This document shows positions 32,413-38,724 of a stretch of 38,724 bases of DNA, one piece after another; positions within the stretch are counted from its first letter, which is position 1; each line of letters starts with the position of its first letter. Origin of the DNA: a virus (lineage: Duplodnaviria > Caudoviricetes). The stretch lies in IMG/VR virus record IMGVR_UViG_3300025277_000055, positions 1-38,724 of that record, one strand, 5' to 3'. Made by a program: the position numbers and the translations under genes. The notes beneath the pieces are model-generated. The model made no database searches. It was not told where the DNA came from and saw only the letters and a list, made by a program, of their open reading frames with translations.

Positions 32413-32649
32413 TTAAATAATTTCTAATTCTTTTAACTGTAATTTTGATAACGCTCGGTCTTGAATTTGTTTCACTCTTACAAAGCTTATGTTTAATCTT
32501 TCTGCAACTTCTCGCAGAGTCATTGAGCCATTTTTTTCAACTGCAATTAATACACAATTTAAATCATCTTTATGGTCAATCCAATGTTTGCAGTCTTTAA
32601 TTGGGCAGTTGGTATTATTGACAACGCAACTGTTGCAACAACTTCTCAT
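32413..32649 (-). CDS. Stand-alone sigma70 region-4 HTH with Cys-rich N-terminus
   Basis: MTLREVAERLNISFVRVKQIQDRALSKL; several Cys in the N-terminal half. Confidence 0.75.
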   Translation of the reverse strand: MRSCCNSCVVNNTNCPIKDCKHWIDHKDDLNCVLIAVEKNGSMTLREVAERLNISFVRVKQIQDRALSKLQLKELEII

Positions 32650-32978
32650 ATTTCTAAATGCTCCTCTTCTATCAAATCAAATATATTCTCTAATTCATTA
32701 GGGTTTAAAGAAAATTGTTTTTCAAGCTCGCGCGCTTTTTCAATCAACTGCTTTGATTTTTTTCTGTTTACTTTACTTTGATTCCCTTTTTGTTCTTTAT
32801 ATCCATCAATAATTTTCATCATATTTTCGTCCTTGTTGATATATTTTCTCATCATCAATCTGAAGAATTCATTTTGCCGCATCCCATCATAATGTAGCCT
32901 AATTTTCAAATCAGCATGTTTTTTATCAAAATCTTCAAAACAAACTTGCTTCTCAGCTTTTCTAAATTTGTGAAACAT
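32646..32978 (-). CDS. Hypothetical protein
   Basis: Intact, translationally coupled ORF. Confidence 0.65.
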   Translation of the reverse strand: MFHKFRKAEKQVCFEDFDKKHADLKIRLHYDGMRQNEFFRLMMRKYINKDENMMKIIDGYKEQKGNQSKVNRKKSKQLIEKARELEKQFSLNPNELENIFDLIEEEHLEI

Positions 32979-33979
32979 TATCGCCTCAAAATATGAGTTG
33001 AACTCTCATACTGGCCAGCAGCTGTTTGAAGGAGAAATGTTGCGCTTGATTGAAACTCTTCTAAAGTACGAGCGCCGGTATAAGAAAACCCGCTCCTGAC
33101 GTTACCTCCAATATCCCGTAGGATATCAGCCGCCGAGCCTTTGTATGGAATTGTAGTTGATATTCCTTCAGGAGAAGATGACTGTCCTCTCCAATCCATC
33201 TGCGCAGACCTTGAAGCCATGCCCCTGTAAACTTTATATTTTTTATTTCCACTTGTAAATATTTCTCCTGGTGATTCATCAGTGCCCGCTAACATTGATC
33301 CAAGCATAACAAAATCTGCTCCTGCCGCTAACGCTTTTACAATATCTCCGCTATTTTTAATTCCGCCATCAGCAATTAATTTTGCATCTCTATTTGAATA
33401 TGAACAATCACGTATCGATTGAAAAGTTGGGATACCGTGACCAGTATTGATTCTTGTGCTGCAAATTGAACCGCCGCCAATTCCAACTCTTATGCTGTCT
33501 GCCCCCCAATCTGCCAAATCATTAAAGGCATCAAGAGTCGCGACGTTGCCAGCCATCAAATGAATTTCATTACCAAATACACCTCTCAACGTCTTAAGCG
33601 CATTTTTGGTTAACACATGATGTCCGTGAGCAACGTCCAAACAAAGTATGCGCACACCAGCATCCCACAAGGCACAAGCACGGGATTCATAATCACCCGT
33701 AACTCCAATGGCTGCTGCTATGTTAGCTTTCCTCTTCTTAGCGAGGACAACCTGTTCTTCAATTGTATTGTACCTATGAATTACACCCAATCCTCCTTCA
33801 TCGTACATAGTCCACGACATTTCATCTTCGGTAACTGTGTCCATTGGACTTGATATAACTGGTAAATCTAAATACGTCTTATCATCTAAAAAATTTCCAA
33901 TATCAACTTCATTTCTACTTTTAATCTCTGAGTATTTTGGCTCCAATAAAACATCATCAAAACTAAGACTGTTCTGCAT
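32978..33979 (-). CDS. IMP dehydrogenase / GMP reductase family enzyme, no CBS domains
   Basis: [35 protein letters not shown]. Confidence 0.92.
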   Translation of the reverse strand: MQNSLSFDDVLLEPKYSEIKSRNEVDIGNFLDDKTYLDLPVISSPMDTVTEDEMSWTMYDEGGLGVIHRYNTIEEQVVLAKKRKANIAAAIGVTGDYESRACALWDAGVRILCLDVAHGHHVLTKNALKTLRGVFGNEIHLMAGNVATLDAFNDLADWGADSIRVGIGGGSICSTRINTGHGIPTFQSIRDCSYSNRDAKLIADGGIKNSGDIVKALAAGADFVMLGSMLAGTDESPGEIFTSGNKKYKVYRGMASRSAQMDWRGQSSSPEGISTTIPYKGSAADILRDIGGNVRSGFSYTGARTLEEFQSSATFLLQTAAGQYESSTHILRR

Positions 33980-34247
33980 TTATTTCCTCTTTCAATTTGT
34001 TTACTAAATCTGTTGCTTTTGCCCAACATTTGGGACAATAAAGATTAACTTTGTTTTGTTCTTTTCTTACAATAACATACCATGATTGTACCATATCTTT
34101 ATTTTGTTTGTCAAATGGTTTTTCACAGACAAGACAAAAATCTTCAAGCTGCGAAAACATACTGATTTTTTCTTTTAATTCTGCTTCTGCATGTTTCTTT
34201 TTTGCTTTTTTAATTCTTCTTTGTATTTTTTTTGCTGCTTTTGTCAT
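33963..34247 (-). CDS. Zinc-finger protein
   Basis: CLVC and CPKC; ATG 34247 in an ATGA overlap. Confidence 0.65.
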   Translation of the reverse strand: MTKAAKKIQRRIKKAKKKHAEAELKEKISMFSQLEDFCLVCEKPFDKQNKDMVQSWYVIVRKEQNKVNLYCPKCWAKATDLVNKLKEEINAEQS

Positions 34248-34750
34248 TTTATCTCTAATGTGGATATGCCAACAATTCCGGTAGCTCCGCCGCAACCATA
34301 AGTATTCTTAAAAATTACAACTGCGGAGGGGAACGGCGCAGAAGAAGAAACATCGGCACTGAACTTATTTTCAAATTTTAATCGGCCTTTTATAAAGTGT
34401 ATCTTCCACGCCTTCATACAATACTCATGCCAATATTTTGTATCTGTTCTCGATGGAATTAAGCACACAACTACTGTATTTGGCTTTTGTCCTTCCTCGT
34501 AAGCCTTCTTGACCCATTTTTTAATGTCTCGACCATACGGAGGGTTCATAAAAACCCTTTCGCCTTCCCAACTTTTACTGAGGCCGTCATCCTTTTTAGT
34601 AAAATATTTTTCGCATTTGGCACTTTCTGTGGTTGAACACGGATCAAGAGTAAATCTGTAATCAAGATTTAAATAATCATATAAGTCTTGTGGTGTTTCC
34701 CATTCTGCAGATTTAGAAGAAAACATTGTTTGTTGTGTTTCTTTATTCAT
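34244..34750 (-). CDS. Phage DNA N6-adenine methyltransferase (Dam family)
   Basis: W.TP, LDPC, DGL..W, NPPY, P.RTDT. Confidence 0.9.
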   Translation of the reverse strand: MNKETQQTMFSSKSAEWETPQDLYDYLNLDYRFTLDPCSTTESAKCEKYFTKKDDGLSKSWEGERVFMNPPYGRDIKKWVKKAYEEGQKPNTVVVCLIPSRTDTKYWHEYCMKAWKIHFIKGRLKFENKFSADVSSSAPFPSAVVIFKNTYGCGGATGIVGISTLEIK

Positions 34751-35226
34751 ATTAATCCCGTGCTTCCAAATCCTCCATCAGAACGATCAGTGTCTAAGTC
34801 TGATGGGTCATAATTAATTTCACCGGGTTCGCATACAACAATCGGAACCAACACAGCTTGTGCAATTTTTTGTCCCGGTTGAATGGTCCTTGTTGACCCT
34901 CCAATATTATGAAGATTAACAAAAACTTCGCCAGTGTAGCCCGGATCAACAACGCATGCGCCAACAATTAATTTTTGCTTGTGAGCAATACCAGATTTAT
35001 TTTTTATTTCTAGCATGTGGTTTTCCGGAACCACAACTTTTAGCCCTGTTGGAACCAAACAAGATTCTCCTGGCGGAATTCTGTACTCTCCTTCCGGCTG
35101 CCAATAACAGTCGGGCTCTTTAGAAGGATCTGGACAATAGAACAAATCTATCCCGGCATCAAGTGAATGAACCCTTATCGGTAATTTTGCTTTCGATCTA
35201 ATTTTGTAAAATTTAAGTTCCATCAT
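34747..35226 (-). CDS. dut: Trimeric dUTPase
   Basis: AGIDL, PTG, KSG, VVDPGYTGE, KIAQ, R..GGFGSTG. Confidence 0.95.
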   Translation of the reverse strand: MMELKFYKIRSKAKLPIRVHSLDAGIDLFYCPDPSKEPDCYWQPEGEYRIPPGESCLVPTGLKVVVPENHMLEIKNKSGIAHKQKLIVGACVVDPGYTGEVFVNLHNIGGSTRTIQPGQKIAQAVLVPIVVCEPGEINYDPSDLDTDRSDGGFGSTGLI

Positions 35227-35232
35227 AACTCC

Positions 35233-35261
35233 TTTATATCATTAAATTTTTTATATGTCAA
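35233..35261 (-). promoter_or_regulatory. sigma70-type promoter TTGACA-17-TATAAA
   Basis: Upstream of dut, extended -10. Confidence 0.65.
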
Positions 35262-35265
35262 GTCA

Positions 35266-35859
35266 TTATTTTATTTCGTTAAGGAGGACGTGTTCTTCGC
35301 CCCATAGTTTTATTGCTTTTTTATTATAAGCAAGGCCGGCGTCTTCTTCAACGGTAAAGAAACCCAAGTGAAAGGTCTTATCGACATGTCGGATCTGGGA
35401 CCCCCATTTCTTGAGTCTCTTACACCAATAAACCCCTTTGTATTTAGAAGAGGAGTTCTTATTGGATCGCCTATTGTGCATATTCTGTGATCGAGTTACT
35501 TCTCTTAGATTTTCTTTTTTATTGTCCAGTCCATTATGATTTATATGGTCAATAACCATTCCATTTTGGGGCTTGCCCATTATAACATGATGAAGGTAAA
35601 GTGAGGTCCTTCGTCTTTCTCTCTTTTCTTTTCCTTTGTAGGTACGATAATACCACCCTCCGTTTGGATGGTAAATCCCGGTATAAGCATAAGGGTAGGA
35701 TTTATTAGCATCGCCAAAGAGTATCCAATTATAATCCTTAACCTTATCCCAGTCTTCTGTATCTATAATGATTGTCCATTTTCCTGGAAATTTTTTGTTT
35801 TTACTTTTTATAAAGATGTGAGTTGTTCCGTCTTCATTGTGTATAAATTTATTTTTCAT
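35266..35859 (-). CDS. HNH endonuclease with AP2-like C-terminus (free-standing homing endonuclease)
   Basis: IDHINHNGLDNKKENLR; SKYKGV.W...LG.F...A..AYN..A. Confidence 0.9.
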   Translation of the reverse strand: MKNKFIHNEDGTTHIFIKSKNKKFPGKWTIIIDTEDWDKVKDYNWILFGDANKSYPYAYTGIYHPNGGWYYRTYKGKEKRERRRTSLYLHHVIMGKPQNGMVIDHINHNGLDNKKENLREVTRSQNMHNRRSNKNSSSKYKGVYWCKRLKKWGSQIRHVDKTFHLGFFTVEEDAGLAYNKKAIKLWGEEHVLLNEIK

Positions 35860-35865
35860 AGCCCT

Positions 35866-35894
35866 ATACTAACAAAGATTTAGTTAAATGTCAA
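35866..35894 (-). promoter_or_regulatory. sigma70-type promoter TTGACA-17-TAGTAT, probably leaderless transcript
   Basis: -10 ends 6 nt before ATG 35859. Confidence 0.55.
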
Positions 35895-35899
35895 ACATT

Positions 35900-38724
35900 T
35901 TATCCTAATAATTTCCAATTATGTCTTATTGATCTCGAAGAAAACCCCCACTGTTCATCATAATCAATTTTACACATGTAGGGACGATTAATGTGAATCA
36001 TGTCTCTTTCTTTAACTCCCCAACACCTAATTGAAGTTTGGTTACTTGTTGAGTCAATTACGTTTACAATCCAATATTCTTTTCCATTCTTTGTCCTTCT
36101 ACGAACAATTTCACGAGGGATAAACCAAACAATCTGAAGATCCGGATCATACTCAGCGATTGGGGGAACGAAGTGTTCTTCAAGTCTTCTGCGAACATGT
36201 TCATTCAACACAAGATCAATTGGAAACACTCCTGTCAAATCAGCCTTGTTGGCTATCTTTTCCTGAGCCGTAAAATCTCCTTCCGGCTCGTAGAGTTCAA
36301 TGTTTTCATTTAGCTGTTTTTCTTTTTTTGGCCGATCAACAACGGCGGCAGACCAAAAATGCTTCATTCCAGAAAATCTATCATCAATTAGATTATCCAC
36401 TGCACCACTGCGAACAAGAACATCCAATGCCTTCTTATTCAATTTTCCATAAATAACATCCGGATTAAATAATAATTCCTCAACGGTGTTAAATGGGCGG
36501 TGTTGAATAATTTGCTCAATTGCTTTGGCACCCAAACCTTTAATCGAAGTTAAAGGCTGAATAAGAGTTTTGCCGTCTTCAGAGATCTCCCAAACTATCC
36601 CTGACGAATTAATATTCAGAGGTTGAATATTAAATCCCATTGATTTAGCAATGTTAATTGCTTTTTCTTTTCTGCTCTCGGGCTCTTTATCAAGAAAAGC
36701 CGCTGTCCATTCAACAGAATAGTAGTTAAGCAGCCACGCACATTGATAACTCAAGATGCTATAGCTAACTGCATGAGATTTATTAAAGCCATACCCAGAA
36801 AAGTATTCAAAATTCTGCCAAAGTTGTTCTGTTTGCCCGTAAGACAATCCTTTTTCTATACAGCCATCAACAAACTTGTTATAAATCTTTTCCTTCTTTT
36901 TTGTCTCATCTCCAGTTCCTTTCTTCGTTAGATATTTTCGTAAAGCATTACCCTCGTCAAGAGAAATGTTTTTACCAAGCTTGTGAGCTAGTAAAGCAAT
37001 TTGCTCCTGGAAAATTAAGAAACCATAAGTTTCTTTTGTAACATCTCTTACAAGTTTGTGGATATAATTAACGCCATTAGGATCTTTTTTTGCTGCAATA
37101 TAAGACTTATCAACATCCGCTCCAAGTGGGCCCGGGCGATAAATTGATGTGACAGCTGAAATATCAATCAAACTCTTTGGCTTTGCTTTTTTACAAAAAT
37201 CTTGCGCTCCCTGTTCTGTAAATTGAAAGATGCCAGTCCATTTGCCCTTTTGGAAGATATTTTTGTATACATTTTGATCATTGAAATTAATAACATCCGG
37301 ATGGAGCTTTTCATTATAAAAGTTCTTCACATCTTCGAATGTTGGCTCTTCAACATTGTAGTGCCTTTTAAGAATGTGTCGAACTGCTCCTTCAATCATT
37401 CTCAAGGATGCCAATCCAAGAATATCAAATTTAATAAAGCCAAGAGGTTCAAGATGTCTAACATTTTGACCCTCCGACCACGGAGTTTGTCTTACACCTC
37501 CACTGTTCACGAGGGGCATCCATTTGTCCAAATCTTCACCAACCACAATGCCGCCGGCATGTCTTGACACGCTTCTAACTTGCCCAAGCAAAGCATCGAT
37601 GTGAGTTTTAACTTGGGGATATTTATCAAGAAACTTTTTCAGAGTTTCTGAATATTCCATTACTTCATCAAAAGTTGGCGCGTAAACACCTGATTTAATT
37701 CCATGTTTCTTTTTAGCAATTGGAGTTGCCTCAAAAATCATTTTGCCAGTCACATTATTGACCTCTACAAATGGAATATCATAAAACTTTGAAACATCTT
37801 TAACCAGAGAACGAAGCTGAAGTGTATTGTAATTTGAAATTGGAGCAACTGTGTTGTCTCCCCATTCTTCAATTAGCATTTCCTTTAGTTCCATAGGATC
37901 TGCAACATCATAATCGATATCAGGATAGTCAACGGCGTCGCGTCTCAAAAACCTTGAAAAAAGAAGCTCGTGTCTGATGGGGTCAACTTGAGTGATATCC
38001 AGAACATAAGCAACAAGTGATCCGGCAGCAGATCCTCTGCCGGGGCCGGTGAGTTGCACTGAACTTGCTTTATCAGCAATTGCTTTCATTGTTAAAAAAT
38101 ATTTAGCAAAGCCGCGATCTCTAATGACAAACAGTTCTTCTTTGAGGCGGTCTACATACTCTTGTTTATCGTTGAGAACTTTTTCTTTAAGACCCTCCAA
38201 ACAATCTTGTGTCAGCGCTTGAATATCTGTTTTCCCAGCCGGAACAACAAAACTCGGAAGTCTGACGTCATTATCCGGCATAAAATCTTCAATCAAATCA
38301 TAAGCAATATACTCTGTTCTTTTAATCGAGTCTAAAACAAGATCGTCATCGTAATCAAATCCTGTTTCTTTAGAATATTTGTGGTAAGACTCCCACATTT
38401 GTTCACCATTTTTTGGATATAACTCATATCCAATTTCTTCAACTCCAGAAGGAAGTTCAGCAGGCATATAGTCTGGTAAGCCTCCTTTTCCCAACCATCC
38501 GATCCGCTTATATAATTCCCTGTCCTTCCATGCGTCCGGATTAGGATAATGGCTGTCAGCAGTTGAGATAAGCTTTACGTCATATTCACGACAAACTTGA
38601 ACAATGTATTGATTAAGCTCGTGCTGCTCCGGAATACTGTTCCATTGAAGTTCTCCGTACCACTTATCTCCAAATATGCCTTTCATGCGCTCCGTTGTTT
38701 GACGCATTGCATTTAGAACAGCAG
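35900..38724 (-). CDS. dnaE: DNA polymerase III alpha subunit (family C), N-terminus beyond the window
   Basis: TADSHY (PHP), GPGRGSAAGSLVAY, PDIDYD, HAGG, KFDILGL, YGFNKSHA; frame open to the right edge. Confidence 0.96.
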   Translation of the reverse strand, partial: AVLNAMRQTTERMKGIFGDKWYGELQWNSIPEQHELNQYIVQVCREYDVKLISTADSHYPNPDAWKDRELYKRIGWLGKGGLPDYMPAELPSGVEEIGYELYPKNGEQMWESYHKYSKETGFDYDDDLVLDSIKRTEYIAYDLIEDFMPDNDVRLPSFVVPAGKTDIQALTQDCLEGLKEKVLNDKQEYVDRLKEELFVIRDRGFAKYFLTMKAIADKASSVQLTGPGRGSAAGSLVAYVLDITQVDPIRHELLFSRFLRRDAVDYPDIDYDVADPMELKEMLIEEWGDNTVAPISNYNTLQLRSLVKDVSKFYDIPFVEVNNVTGKMIFEATPIAKKKHGIKSGVYAPTFDEVMEYSETLKKFLDKYPQVKTHIDALLGQVRSVSRHAGGIVVGEDLDKWMPLVNSGGVRQTPWSEGQNVRHLEPLGFIKFDILGLASLRMIEGAVRHILKRHYNVEEPTFEDVKNFYNEKLHPDVINFNDQNVYKNIFQKGKWTGIFQFTEQGAQDFCKKAKPKSLIDISAVTSIYRPGPLGADVDKSYIAAKKDPNGVNYIHKLVRDVTKETYGFLIFQEQIALLAHKLGKNISLDEGNALRKYLTKKGTGDETKKKEKIYNKFVDGCIEKGLSYGQTEQLWQNFEYFSGYGFNKSHAVSYSILSYQCAWLLNYYSVEWTAAFLDKEPESRKEKAINIAKSMGFNIQPLNINSSGIVWEISEDGKTLIQPLTSIKGLGAKAIEQIIQHRPFNTVEELLFNPDVIYGKLNKKALDVLVRSGAVDNLIDDRFSGMKHFWSAAVVDRPKKEKQLNENIELYEPEGDFTAQEKIANKADLTGVFPIDLVLNEHVRRRLEEHFVPPIAEYDPDLQIVWFIPREIVRRRTKNGKEYWIVNVIDSTSNQTSIRCWGVKERDMIHINRPYMCKIDYDEQWGFSSRSIRHNWKLLG

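Noticed and set aside
1-38724. Stop-codon reassignment explaining the many short ORFs
   Set aside because: Conserved genes are full length in the standard code, all three stops are used, and the short ORFs overlap in different frames with their own RBS
1-38724. Bacterial chromosome origin suggested by groEL, dnaE, clpP and guaB-like genes
   Set aside because: Single-strand dense packing, phage Dam and HNH-AP2, mostly hypothetical small genes and no cellular operon context point to a phage; no capsid or terminase is in the window, so this remains an inference
1-38724. tRNA, rRNA or structured ncRNA genes
   Set aside because: Intergenic gaps are very short and I recognised no cloverleaf or T-loop signature; a covariance-model scan was not possible

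Overview
A 38.7-kb fragment of a large, probably jumbo, tailed dsDNA phage. Genes are densely packed, all on the minus strand, and read with the standard bacterial code. In transcription order (right to left) there are four blocks. (1) Replication and nucleotide metabolism: DnaE-type polymerase, HNH-AP2 endonuclease, dUTPase, Dam-type methyltransferase, IMPDH/GMP reductase. (2) Proteostasis and possible head genes: acidic scaffold-like protein, ClpP, GroEL, glutaredoxin, Hsp20. (3) A region at about 10.6-23.2 kb where 9 canonical and 2 divergent, mostly unrelated proteins share the N-terminal leader MKLLFENWRKYLxE, which resembles a capsid-targeting and prohead-protease signal, fused to ART-, GNAT-, glycosylase- and Nudix-like payloads. 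(4) An early region at about 1.9-10.6 kb holding about 33 tiny, divergent KOW/SH3-like genes (MKVGDLV...LEVISESR). These are chained by a conserved junction that is at once the end of one gene, the RBS and the start of the next, and the array is punctuated by repeated consensus sigma70 promoter cassettes. A CglF/GltF-like gene hints at a Myxococcota-type gliding host. All family calls come from motif recognition by eye, with no database searches. Several starts were moved relative to the ORF track, and several ORFs under 60 aa were translated by hand.
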